Shown: one piece after another, positions 6,657 to 15,956 of the stretch | Layout of the letters: every line of letters starts with the position of its first letter | How positions within the stretch are numbered: the stretch's first letter is position 1 | Source: a virus | Taxonomy: Duplodnaviria; Caudoviricetes | Reading direction: 5' to 3' (one strand) | Length of the DNA stretch: 64,000 nucleotides | Virus record (IMG/VR): IMGVR_UViG_3300037722_001090 | Notes under the pieces: model-generated | Told to the model about the DNA's origin: nothing | The model's input: the letters and a program-made list of their open reading frames with translations, nothing else | Databases searched by the model: none | Made by a program: the position numbers and the translations under genes

Positions 6657-7394
6657 TTAACGAGTCACAGCACGAATAGGAGTACGCAGCCAATCAGCTT
6701 CGCCACAGAAATCTGCAGCACGAGCCATAAGACCATTGAACTTATTGCCGAGGCCAGGATTAGTAATCTGGAACTCAAGCGTAAACGGCTTGAATCCAGC
6801 AGTAGGAAGGCTCACCTTCTGAACAACCATGCCATCGGGGGTAGTAGCAGAGCTAAGTACCGTAGCTACACCAGCACAACCGCACTGCGCATCAATGGCA
6901 GTAACAAGAGGTCCAAAAAGCCAGTCCTGACGATGATTAAATTCACGAGCAGCATGGTTAAAGGTATTTTTCAGCTTGTCAGCTACAGCTGCAGTACGAA
7001 GAGTGAATACAATGGAGTAGGGCTGAAAACCAGCAGCCACTTCATTAAGTGCAGTTTTAATAACACGAAGGCCATCAGCTGCAGCAATAACAGCACAAGT
7101 ATTGTCTTCGACAGTAGCGGCAGCAGTAGCAGGACCGGTAATACGAGCAGTAGCTTCAGCTGTGAAAAAGCGGAGAGTACGCTCGGCAGCAATAATGCGT
7201 CCAATGTTCTGAACCTTGCTGTAAGAACGGACATTGGTAAGATTAAGACGCTGAGCAACATCTTCAATTACCCAGTAATTGTCAGTTGAGCGCTTTCCAC
7301 CAGTAACGCGAGCGCCGGTTTCATCACGCACAACACATCTGTTACGAAGCTCTTGTTCAAATGCGGCAAGAGTAGGACGAATAACATCAGTCAT
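6657..7394 (-). CDS. hypothetical protein between Ro60 and the Y RNA
   Basis: ORF; start at MTDVIRP with AAGGA RBS. Confidence 0.75.
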   Translation of the reverse strand: MTDVIRPTLAAFEQELRNRCVVRDETGARVTGGKRSTDNYWVIEDVAQRLNLTNVRSYSKVQNIGRIIAAERTLRFFTAEATARITGPATAAATVEDNTCAVIAAADGLRVIKTALNEVAAGFQPYSIVFTLRTAAVADKLKNTFNHAAREFNHRQDWLFGPLVTAIDAQCGCAGVATVLSSATTPDGMVVQKVSLPTAGFKPFTLEFQITNPGLGNKFNGLMARAADFCGEADWLRTPIRAVTR

Positions 7395-7455
7395 TTTTGA
7401 TTCCTTTAAAATAGTTGTTTTAAAAAGGGGCCACACTATGTGACCCCACAGTTAA

Positions 7456-8883
7456 TTAAGCAGCATGAATAGCAAGAGACTTTTCATACTCACGAACATA
7501 GTCAATAGTTGCTTCAGAGAAGCCGTTGACATGAGTCCATTTGGAATTGTAGCCAACACCATTTTCATAGCTAGCAACATTGATAATATAGCCAAGCCCA
7601 TTAGGCTGTGCAATGCCAGTTTGGCTCTGTTCGTCAGTAAAGACGATGATACGGTCATACTTGCCATTAGTCTTGTTAATATACTCAACAGCACGATGAA
7701 GATCAGTACCGCCAAATCGCTGACTGTTCTTAATAGCCTCACGAAGAGCAAATCCACGACGAGGAGCAATCTGCTTAACGTCAGTAGAAAAGCTATAGAC
7801 ATCAACTTCTTCGCAAACTTCACGAGCAAGCATAGCAATGCCAAAGGCTGCATCCATACGAGTCATTTCGCTTTTGTCAGACATCTTAGCGCACATGGAA
7901 CCAGAGACGTCAACAAGAAGGATAGTCTTACCAGCAATCTTCTCTTGTACATCAAGACATTTCAGCATACCAGTTTCAAGAGCATCTTCATACTGAGGAG
8001 CATAGTTCGCAGCAGTAATGAAGCGATAAGGAAGAACACGTTCAGGGTTCATGCTACGAAGCGCATTCTTGATTAAGGCAGGATCAACGCCAGCTTCAGT
8101 CATTCCGCGCAAGTTACGAAGAAGTGCCAACGCACCAAGAAGATTTTTTTGCTCAGGATCAAGATTAGCATTCAGCATACGAGTGAACGTATCCTTTTTA
8201 TTCTCACCAGCGGACAGATTAGTTTCCCAGGTATCAGGAGTTGCAAGAGTGTCAGCTGCCAACTTTGCCCAGAGTGCAGCCTGAGCAGCATCCTTAGGTT
8301 TAGCGTGGCACAAGAATAGCACGTCGCGGAGCTTAATGGCACTGTTGCGATTGTATTTCGCAAGAGAATACTCATCAAACTTAGTGAACGCACGAGCAAG
8401 ACCCTTTTTCACGGAAGCTGCAATAGGAGTCTTCTTGAATACGCGCTCAGTAGTAAGCCGCATGCTGTCATAGTAGCCGTATCCTTTAGTAGCCTTTGTC
8501 TCAGTTTCCGTCCAATACATAGCAAGAAACTCAGCAAGCTCATCAGGACGCTGAATAACAGCCTCAAGAGCATCAGCGACAATATGACGATGAGTCGGAA
8601 TGCGAGCAGCCTCACGAACTAGCATGAGAGGGGCATGCCGCAGTTTAAAAGCAGTACGAGCCTCAAGCGCAAGAGCAGCAACAGTTTCCGGAGGAACAGT
8701 TGCTACCAAATTTTTGATACGCTCAGACACAGAAATACCATCTTCGTAAAAGTTATCCTCAAACAGAAGACAACCAAGAATAGTACGACGAAGCATCTCT
8801 TCGTTTTTTGCTACAACCACACTTGCGCCTGCATGATTGAGGGATCGGATAGCACGAGGTGCTGGTTTATTTGTTTTCGCCAT
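7456..8883 (-). CDS. rsr: Ro60/Rsr RNA-binding protein (TROVE + vWA)
   Basis: TROVE signature (LRHAPL, IQRPDELAEFLA, FDEYSLAKY, LRDVLFLCHAKP, ALLRNLR, VLPYRFITA) and vWA MIDAS DVSGS...FTDEQ. Confidence 0.95.
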   Translation of the reverse strand: MAKTNKPAPRAIRSLNHAGASVVVAKNEEMLRRTILGCLLFEDNFYEDGISVSERIKNLVATVPPETVAALALEARTAFKLRHAPLMLVREAARIPTHRHIVADALEAVIQRPDELAEFLAMYWTETETKATKGYGYYDSMRLTTERVFKKTPIAASVKKGLARAFTKFDEYSLAKYNRNSAIKLRDVLFLCHAKPKDAAQAALWAKLAADTLATPDTWETNLSAGENKKDTFTRMLNANLDPEQKNLLGALALLRNLRGMTEAGVDPALIKNALRSMNPERVLPYRFITAANYAPQYEDALETGMLKCLDVQEKIAGKTILLVDVSGSMCAKMSDKSEMTRMDAAFGIAMLAREVCEEVDVYSFSTDVKQIAPRRGFALREAIKNSQRFGGTDLHRAVEYINKTNGKYDRIIVFTDEQSQTGIAQPNGLGYIINVASYENGVGYNSKWTHVNGFSEATIDYVREYEKSLAIHAA

Positions 8884-8898
8884 CGGTATATTCCTTTA

Positions 8899-9081
8899 TT
8901 ATTTATTAATTAAAGCTTGTGTGAATAGAACTGCTTCATCATGACCAAAATCCTCTTTACGCAAAGCATTATATTGCTTACGTGTCATTTTTGCATTAAG
9001 GTCAAATATGGCATCACGTTCACATAGCAATTTAGCAGCTTGCTCTGTCTGGTCAATAATATGCTTAATATCGTTATTCAT
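8899..9081 (-). CDS. hypothetical protein
   Basis: Short ORF between rsr and the nucleotidyltransferase, AGGT RBS. Confidence 0.6.
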   Translation of the reverse strand: MNNDIKHIIDQTEQAAKLLCERDAIFDLNAKMTRKQYNALRKEDFGHDEAVLFTQALINK

Positions 9082-9094
9082 AATTACCTTTTTA

Positions 9095-10105
9095 CTAAAT
9101 GTTATTTAAGATTTCGCCAAATACTTCACGTTGGATAAGACGGACAAGCCAGTCTTCCCAGCGCTTACGATTTACTTCACTGGGATACTCAGAAATAGCA
9201 GTAAGCTTTTCACAAGTATCAATTAGAGATTCCATTAAGGGAAGAACTTCCGTTAAATAATCCATCTCTCCGTTTTTAATTTTTCGTAGCGTAGAGCCAC
9301 AGCTTAATGGATACTGTATAGTACCAACAGTCATTATGGAGATAAGCTGAAAAGCAGCACGAATAGCATGACTTATCGCTTTCCAATCAATACCTTCATT
9401 AGCTTCTGCCTTCTTAGCTCTAGCGCCATATTCATCATACTTCTTTTTTATGCCATCACGCATATATTCAAGAGTAACAGTTTCCTGAAACTTCTGACCA
9501 CATACTTGATACATACGATATTGGTTCTTATCTCCAGCATCAGGAGACAGTTTATGGATATGTTCACCGGCAGGCAAACAGTCCCAAGTACCATCTAGCT
9601 TAATGCTAATGTTACGATCCACAACAAAATCAAGAACCGCTTTCATTGCAATAAGACGAGAGCCTTTAACTCCATATTTAGCAGCTTGTGAGCGAGCATA
9701 TCCAATAAATGATTTTAATTCGCTTGTATAAAACTCTGATCTAGAAGCAGTCATCTCGTCCCAGATTACAGAAGTAGCAAATATTTTATCTTTAGGAATA
9801 TGCAACATATCAAGAGCAGCAGTATCGCCGTCCATAGCAAGTTTAAGGAAATAATTAAGAGAATAGAATTCAATATCTACATCATCTTTACTGTTCTTCC
9901 CATCTGTTTCTTTTGTCTTAAAATGAATAGATTTTGGATAAAGACCAAGATAAACTTCTCTTTTTGTAGGCATATAAATGCCTTTAAAGTCCCAGTCTGA
10001 ATCTTCAGTATTTGCACCATAAAGACGAGAGCCAAATACTCCAAACATTAAAACATTCAAGTTTCCTATTTCAGGAAACATTTTTAATACTTTTTGATAA
10101 TTCAT
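9095..10105 (-). CDS. RlaP/NrdC.11-like Pol-beta nucleotidyltransferase
   Basis: FGSRLYG.NTEDSDWDFKGIY motif, GYARSQAAKY, DWKAISHAIR. Confidence 0.88.
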   Translation of the reverse strand: MNYQKVLKMFPEIGNLNVLMFGVFGSRLYGANTEDSDWDFKGIYMPTKREVYLGLYPKSIHFKTKETDGKNSKDDVDIEFYSLNYFLKLAMDGDTAALDMLHIPKDKIFATSVIWDEMTASRSEFYTSELKSFIGYARSQAAKYGVKGSRLIAMKAVLDFVVDRNISIKLDGTWDCLPAGEHIHKLSPDAGDKNQYRMYQVCGQKFQETVTLEYMRDGIKKKYDEYGARAKKAEANEGIDWKAISHAIRAAFQLISIMTVGTIQYPLSCGSTLRKIKNGEMDYLTEVLPLMESLIDTCEKLTAISEYPSEVNRKRWEDWLVRLIQREVFGEILNNI

Positions 10106-10154
10106 ATATTCCTAACTAATATTTACTAGTTTAACAACCTTACTTTGATTACTG

Positions 10155-10295
10155 TCATGATAGATCGTCTGATTTAATTTGTTTTCTACAACCTTTTTTA
10201 CTTTGATCTTTCTTTTTATCAGGAACAGTAGTGTTAGGAGGTAGAATAACCCTAGGGGCAACCTTCTTCCATAAAGGTGTCTTATTGCATTTCAT
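10155..10295 (-). CDS. small basic hypothetical protein
   Basis: GGAG RBS before MKCNKT. Confidence 0.5.
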   Translation of the reverse strand: MKCNKTPLWKKVAPRVILPPNTTVPDKKKDQSKKGCRKQIKSDDLS

Positions 10296-10400
10296 GTTTA
10301 CATCTCCGACAAGCATGATATTTAGTAAGTTTGTATCCGTCAATAATATTGCCGGTAATTTCAAAATACCTATGTCCTAAAATTTTACAAATAAAACTAA

Positions 10401-10592
10401 TCATTTTGATTCTGTTCCATCAGGCATAGGGACATGAAGAGTATTAGAAAAGTGTTTAATATAATTCAGATAAAAAATAACCGAATCAAACTCTTCTTTC
10501 TTCAATGTAATACGATCAACAGGAATATCATTGCCGCTTTTAGCTTTCAACTGGATCGTATCTATCAGTGTATCAACTGCAATCATATTCAT
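10401..10592 (-). CDS. hypothetical protein
   Basis: ORF in tight operon spacing. Confidence 0.55.
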   Translation of the reverse strand: MNMIAVDTLIDTIQLKAKSGNDIPVDRITLKKEEFDSVIFYLNYIKHFSNTLHVPMPDGTESK

Positions 10593-10594
10593 TG

Positions 10595-10873
10595 TTAAGT
10601 TTCCTGTTTTATTAGTGGCTCATAAAGGAATTTTGTTTTACATCGCCTGCATTTCCATTCAGCAGGGACATTACTATATCCAATAAGTTGAATTTGCTCA
10701 TCGCCACACCTAGGACAATAAGGTGTATGATGACTAAGATGTTCACGCCTATCTGTCAACTCAAAAGTTTTTTCTAACCAACCAGGAGGTAAAGACCATT
10801 CTTCTTCATGATAAGTCTTATCGGATTGTTTCATTACTGCTCTCCAATAGGATTCAGTATTGTTATACGACAA
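10595..10873 (-). CDS. zinc-ribbon protein
   Basis: CPRCG...WKCRRC; true start may be downstream. Confidence 0.6.
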   Translation of the reverse strand: MSYNNTESYWRAVMKQSDKTYHEEEWSLPPGWLEKTFELTDRREHLSHHTPYCPRCGDEQIQLIGYSNVPAEWKCRRCKTKFLYEPLIKQET

Positions 10874-11115
10874 TTAAGCTTACCAAGTTTAGCAAAGTCA
10901 GAAAACCCAGCAGGAATTTCACCGTCTGTTTTCTTCCAATTCTTACGAGCTTGTCCTTTAGAAGGAAAGATACCAGAACAAACAAGAATATCAAACATAT
11001 CCCATTTAGAATCGATAGGAACTTGAACTACTTCTTCTTTAGGGCAACCAAAGAAAAGTTCACAATCACCTTCTTTTTCATTCCCATTTAAGATAAGAAA
11101 ATTAAATTCACTCAT
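10834..11115 (-). CDS. small protein with S4-like RNA-binding motif
   Basis: DILVCSGIFPSKGQARKNW resembles the S4 motif L...G...S.SEARR. Confidence 0.45.
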   Translation of the reverse strand: MSEFNFLILNGNEKEGDCELFFGCPKEEVVQVPIDSKWDMFDILVCSGIFPSKGQARKNWKKTDGEIPAGFSDFAKLGKLNCRITILNPIGEQ

Positions 11116-11116
11116 A

Positions 11117-11503
11117 TTATTTACACACTTTAAGCATTATAGACATAAAAAACCCTATAAACGCCATTGCACCAGAAGTGCTAAGAAGTAAAATAGGAAA
11201 GAAAACAAAAAATACATTACTAAAAAAATTTTGTTTTATATCAAAATCACGGAGAGAAATAGTTACTTTATCTCCTTCTTTGATTTGTGAAAGATATGAA
11301 TAAGAAATGTGTTGATCAATTCTCAGGCCATCACTAAATTCATAAACAGCAACAGGATGAGATGACTGTTTATATCCAGCAGGCTCGATATATAATTTTA
11401 CAATAGTTACATCTCTTGGTTTAAGTTTGTTATATTCCGGTAAATACATTAAAGAAAAACCTATAACAGTAACAATAAGCCAAACAATAAATATATTACG
11501 CAT
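11117..11503 (-). CDS. membrane protein
   Basis: N- and C-terminal hydrophobic helices. Confidence 0.65.
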   Translation of the reverse strand: MRNIFIVWLIVTVIGFSLMYLPEYNKLKPRDVTIVKLYIEPAGYKQSSHPVAVYEFSDGLRIDQHISYSYLSQIKEGDKVTISLRDFDIKQNFFSNVFFVFFPILLLSTSGAMAFIGFFMSIMLKVCK

Positions 11504-11599
11504 TACAAATGCTCCTTAATAGTTAATAGCAATACTTACAAGACAGTAAGTTCTCCTATTAAATATTAAAGACTGGGCCCTTCGGGGGCCCAGCCTTAA

Positions 11600-11800
11600 T
11601 TATATAAATCCTACAACACAGCCGATAGGAGCAACCAGAATACCAATACAGCGGATAACAAGTTCTCCAGTTATAGTTGAAAAATCAGAATTCATAACTT
11701 TCATTATGTTCCAAATCCAACCCCATGCACCAAGGCAAACTATAATCGAGAAGATAAGTTCAATGGTACTCAGTCCTTTTTCATTTTCGATCAAATTCAT
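11600..11800 (-). CDS. small membrane protein with prepilin-type N-terminus
   Basis: EKG^LSTIE then a hydrophobic stretch (G-1, E+5). Confidence 0.6.
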   Translation of the reverse strand: MNLIENEKGLSTIELIFSIIVCLGAWGWIWNIMKVMNSDFSTITGELVIRCIGILVAPIGCVVGFI

Positions 11801-11811
11801 AAGAGCTTCCT

Positions 11812-12453
11812 TTATTTGTGTTGAATCTTCCCTTGATTAAAAGGCCGTATGAAGTTCACTATATGTGACCACACACTTGCTTCATAATCGTTAGGGTCAT
11901 GATTCGGTCGCTTACGTACACCGCCCGCACCTCGATTATATGACAACACGGCTTTACCCCAACCACCAGGTCCTTTAAATTGATCCAGTTGCATTTTAAA
12001 ATAACGACTCGCTAGTCTTATATTAAAGCGATCATTAGTCAGTAGTGCAACTAGAAGTTCTTCGTCGTGATTGAATCGTCCAAGATCCGGATATTGTCTT
12101 AGTATCTCTTTCGCCGTATTAATTCGGATCTGGCAGATTCCATAAGACTTATCACCAAAGGCGCGTTTATCACCCTTTTTAAATCTTCCATTTGGATCAT
12201 TATAGGCATAGCGATCATCGCCAACAATTCCGCCTGGACTTGCAACTTTGGATCCACGTAAACTTTCCTGCCATAGAATTGACTGAATAGTTTCTGGGAA
12301 TCCGATACGAGTACCTTCCTCATATGCAATTACCAGAAGATTAGCTTGTCTTTCTGTCACAACACTAGGATACTCATGTGATGCACCAAAAGAGTTACCG
12401 ACCCATACGAGTAAGAGTATCAACATCCCACTCATTAGTATCAGTTTCTTCAT
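11812..12453 (-). CDS. lytic transglycosylase (SLT) with signal peptide
   Basis: WQES catalytic Glu, SYGICQI, FNIRLASRYF, AVLSYNRG. Confidence 0.85.
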   Translation of the reverse strand: MKKLILMSGMLILLLVWVGNSFGASHEYPSVVTERQANLLVIAYEEGTRIGFPETIQSILWQESLRGSKVASPGGIVGDDRYAYNDPNGRFKKGDKRAFGDKSYGICQIRINTAKEILRQYPDLGRFNHDEELLVALLTNDRFNIRLASRYFKMQLDQFKGPGGWGKAVLSYNRGAGGVRKRPNHDPNDYEASVWSHIVNFIRPFNQGKIQHK

Positions 12454-12655
12454 TAACTTCCCCTTCGCCAGTCATTTCCATAATAAGTTCTTGTTCAATT
12501 TCAATAGCTCGCAATTCAACAATGTCAAGATCAACAATATTAAATGCTTCGCAAATCTCTATAAAAGACTGAAGCATTGCCTTAGTCTTTACAAGTTCCA
12601 TTAATAGAAACTCCTGCATTTGTTTTAATTCGTTAACTGATATGTCCATAGTCAC
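12395..12655 (-). CDS. acidic hypothetical protein
   Basis: ORF, co-oriented. Confidence 0.55.
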   Translation of the reverse strand: MTMDISVNELKQMQEFLLMELVKTKAMLQSFIEICEAFNIVDLDIVELRAIEIEQELIMEMTGEGEVNEETDTNEWDVDTLTRMGR

Positions 12656-12791
12656 CTATTAAATCATTCTCCAAATATCAGCCATCGGTTTTCCGTTCCA
12701 CGAATGACCCATTTCGCTGAATCGGCCAAAAGAAATATCGATCTCATTTAGAGTCTCGAATTCTTTAATGACTGTGCATTCTTCTTCTTTA

Positions 12792-13376
12792 TCAGTGTTT
12801 AGTTTCTTTTCCATCATCAGGCTCCAAGCCTGAAGGGTTGTCAAGTTTTACAAGAAATTTTTGCATATAAGGAAACTCATTACCTTTAGATTTTAGTGCT
12901 GCCATTTCTGCAGCAATAGAACCTTTAAGCTTACTATGATGTTTTTCACCAGCAATTAAAATTGTACCAAGACTTCCATCAGAATTCAGTAGAAGCCATG
13001 CAATACAAAAATCTTTGCGTGACATATCACATGCATAACGAGCAACATTAAACAAGGTAGAAAGAGACTCATATAGCATAATCTGTTTAGTAAAACGGAC
13101 AGTCTCATTCAGGTCTTTACTAAGATATATATCCTTTACTTCTACATCTAGAAACTTAGCAACAGTTTCCGTTTCATATTTATCTGCATAGCTAGAACAA
13201 AAAACACCGTCAAACAAATTATCATCCGTAAGAATGATAGAGTTCATAACATTGTTAAAGTCTTTCATTTTTCGATTAACAACATTAGCAGTTTTTGCTA
13301 AGTTACTAGGATTACTAGAAACCTCTTCTTCTAGACTACACATTTCATTGTACATTCTTTGCGCTTCGGGGGTCAT
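12792..13376 (-). CDS. hypothetical protein
   Basis: 194-aa ORF with AAAGG RBS. Confidence 0.7.
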   Translation of the reverse strand: MTPEAQRMYNEMCSLEEEVSSNPSNLAKTANVVNRKMKDFNNVMNSIILTDDNLFDGVFCSSYADKYETETVAKFLDVEVKDIYLSKDLNETVRFTKQIMLYESLSTLFNVARYACDMSRKDFCIAWLLLNSDGSLGTILIAGEKHHSKLKGSIAAEMAALKSKGNEFPYMQKFLVKLDNPSGLEPDDGKETKH

Positions 13377-13761
13377 ATTTAACCTTTACGAAAGAATAGG
13401 CCTTTAATGAGATAATACCCAACAAAGGCAACACCCAGGGCCATAAAGACAAAGGCGAGTTTAAAAACGATATTGGCCAGAAAAAAACCAAGACCAACAA
13501 GTGCAATAAGACCAAACACAATACCAAGTTTAAAATTAGTCGGCATTTTACTTTCCTTTAATCCGAGAAGTTACAGTCAGTACAAGCAAGCATCCCTGAA
13601 GAAATTTCTTCAAGTTCACCAGTATTACAGACAGGACATTTTTTACCACTTTCAATCTTTGCTGCAGCACCATCTTCTACAATATCACGCTTACGACCAA
13701 AAAAACCTTCCATTGAATACCTCTGTATAAGAATTTTTAAAATACCCTAAGAATAGCATGA

Positions 13762-13944
13762 CTAATTATCAGCAAGTTTCCTGATAACGTCAGCAATAGA
13801 CAAGCCACTGATAGCATCAGCCCCAAAGCGTAAAAGTGCTTTTTCTCTAATTTCACCTTCAGTTAAACCATCAAGAAAATCAAGACCATTACAGATAGGA
13901 CTAATCACAACATCCATAGCTGCGCCTAAGAGTTTTCCAAACAT
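13762..13944 (-). CDS. hypothetical protein
   Basis: AAAGG RBS, 60 aa. Confidence 0.55.
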   Translation of the reverse strand: MFGKLLGAAMDVVISPICNGLDFLDGLTEGEIREKALLRFGADAISGLSIADVIRKLADN

Positions 13945-14076
13945 ATAAGTTAACCTTTTCTTAAAAAAAAGAGGGACTGCGTGCCATTACCTATACTGAC
14001 ATACTCGGTTTCCCGTCATTGTCATCATAAGTTAGACATACAATCCCTCTTGACCTTTTCAGTCTTTCACTGGGAA

Positions 14077-14286
14077 TTACTTGGGAGCAAGAATAGCAGC
14101 CTGTTCATTGCTGACCATGTATTTGTGGTTGTTTTTGAGGTAATCAATTGCACCCCAAGAAACAAGGCTGACCCTGGCTTCTTTGGTGATCTTGATAACC
14201 CTGGTACCAGCACCAATGGTAACACCAGAAACGCCTTTGAGTTTCTTCAGTGCATCAACAGCCTCATTATACTTCTGCTCTGCCAT
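14077..14286 (-). CDS. hypothetical protein
   Basis: AAGGA RBS, followed by a terminator-like region. Confidence 0.65.
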   Translation of the reverse strand: MAEQKYNEAVDALKKLKGVSGVTIGAGTRVIKITKEARVSLVSWGAIDYLKNNHKYMVSNEQAAILAPK

Positions 14287-14510
14287 TTTACATTCCTTTT
14301 AATGACGGGTTATTTTTCTTTAGTGGAAATTTCTTTCTCACCAACATAAAGTTCGTGAGCTTTTTCCTGAATCGTGTTAATTTTGCTTTTAACACTGACG
14401 AGCTTATCGGTTGTATATTCACAACCAAGATAAAACCCAAGCGTAAAAAACATCAAAGCAATGATAAGTGATTTCATTGTACGTCTCCTGAAGTTGATAC
14501 TTAAAAAAAT

Positions 14511-14653
14511 CTATTCACAGCGGATTTGCACCTATATCTATTGACTTATGTTCTCCTGTGTATCTCACAGTTAACATTACGCTAAGAATAGCAAAAGACT
14601 TCCTGCTGTCTCCTCCTTTAAAGGGAGGCGCTCTCCTACTAAGCTAGTGAATA
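14511..14653 (-). tRNA. tRNA (anticodon TTA) interrupted by a 72-nt insertion in the T arm
   Basis: Acceptor TATTCAC/GTGAATA, D GCTT/GAGC, CCTCC-CTTTAAA-GGAGG; T stem AGC|GG-TGCAAAT-CCGCT split by 14533-14604. Confidence 0.7.
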
Positions 14654-14836
14654 GAAAATCTGAGTTTATCCTACGGCTCCACATGCTATAACTCTAGGTT
14701 ACATGTTTCACTGCCGGTAAATGATAATTGCCACTAAGTCTCTTATCTCAGAATGGAAACGCAGCCGATCTCTATGTATCGGCTCGATTTTCTTGGCAAT
14801 AAAACAATTAAAATCTTTTTCATACTTCTTCTAAAA

Positions 14837-14895
14837 TGGAGCCGGGGCATGGGTGCTACCCATTACGGCAACTAGTATTTTATCCGATTCCCGGC
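14837..14895 (-). ncRNA. miniature tRNA-like RNA with CCA end
   Basis: GCCGGG/CCCGGC + T-CCA, ATGGG/CCCAT T-like hairpin, no D or anticodon arms. Confidence 0.5.
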
Positions 14896-15014
14896 ATAAA
14901 CGTATTTGATAATTCAAAGAATAGCTCGGAGACACGCATGTCATTCTCCCATTTCGCCATAGTTGCCCGATAGTTTTTAGCTGGACACTATTCTTTATTA
15001 ATACTGATTGGTCA

Positions 15015-15299
15015 CTTGCTCCTTAAAGCACACAAAACCAAGCTCATTTACTGTTCTTGTCGACAGAACAGATAGCCTCGTTTGTCTATGACAATTCTAA
15101 ATTACTAGCGTCACCATTAACCTATCCAAGAGGCGGTGTGGTTTTTGGTTGCGGGAAGAGCAGCTAGTTTATAATATAAACTCCCTCACTCTTATCCATG
15201 GATCTTGCTGCGCGCATTACACCTATAACCTGCTTGAGAGCAGGCTTCAAGGTCGCAACCAGTGACGGTAACTCAGCTTTGTGTGCTTTAAGCAGCAAG
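15015..15299 (-). ncRNA. candidate structured RNA closed by a 22-bp inverted repeat
   Basis: cttgctccttaaagcacacaaa (15015-36) vs tttgtgtgctttaagcagcaag (15278-99); nested cgtcac/gtgacg and tggttgcg/cgcaacca. Confidence 0.55.
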
Positions 15300-15454
15300 C
15301 GTCCACCTATTTCGTAGTTCAGTGGACGCTTACTACCTCTTCAGAGATCAAACAGTAGTCTTGATAGACTTATAACCATTTCCGGCCATTAGCAGGATGG
15401 TATCTATCGTGAAAGTCGTATAAATTTTCACTTAAAAAATGATCTTACTTGAGC

Positions 15455-15907
15455 TTAGAGCTCGAAGGTGCTCGGACGAAGACCGAGTTTGTTGCAAATT
15501 TCGCGAACAACCTTCTTTTCGTTGTCATCGAAATCGCCATCAGCTCCACCGATCAGGATGCCGACGCGGACAACCAGAGTGCGAGCTTCTTCGGGTGCGG
15601 CAACGATCTTGGCAATAGCCTTCATGGCCTCGTCACGGCCCATCGAAGTGTCGAGCTGGAAGATGCCGTCATATTTCTCGAAAGCTTTCTTGACAGCTTC
15701 GGGCGTATGCCCGGCCATGGTCGGATGATTCTGAACGAACTGGAGAGCTTTCAGCTTTTCCGAAGCATCGAACGAGCCATCAGCCCAACCGACCATCACG
15801 ACGGTAGCCATGGCAGCGTCGAAGATGTCGCCGGTCATGAATTTCTTTGCTTCACCGACAATTTGCCCAAGCATTTCTTTGAGCTTGGAAATAAATCCCC
15901 ATGCCAT
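15455..15907 (-). CDS. terB: TerB-family protein
   Basis: WADGSFDASEK...VGILIGGADGDFDDNEKKVVREIC..LGL. Confidence 0.92.
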   Translation of the reverse strand: MAWGFISKLKEMLGQIVGEAKKFMTGDIFDAAMATVVMVGWADGSFDASEKLKALQFVQNHPTMAGHTPEAVKKAFEKYDGIFQLDTSMGRDEAMKAIAKIVAAPEEARTLVVRVGILIGGADGDFDDNEKKVVREICNKLGLRPSTFEL

Positions 15908-15956
15908 AATCTGTACTCCTTTGTTGGTTGTTTAAAAAAGAATTAACTAAAAAGCT

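Noticed and set aside
7465-8076. Plus-strand ORFs opposite Ro60, terB, the terB-like gene and 32497 (e.g. 15449-15946, 18050-18517, 32455-33075)
   Set aside because: Antisense to well-supported genes, with no recognisable motifs
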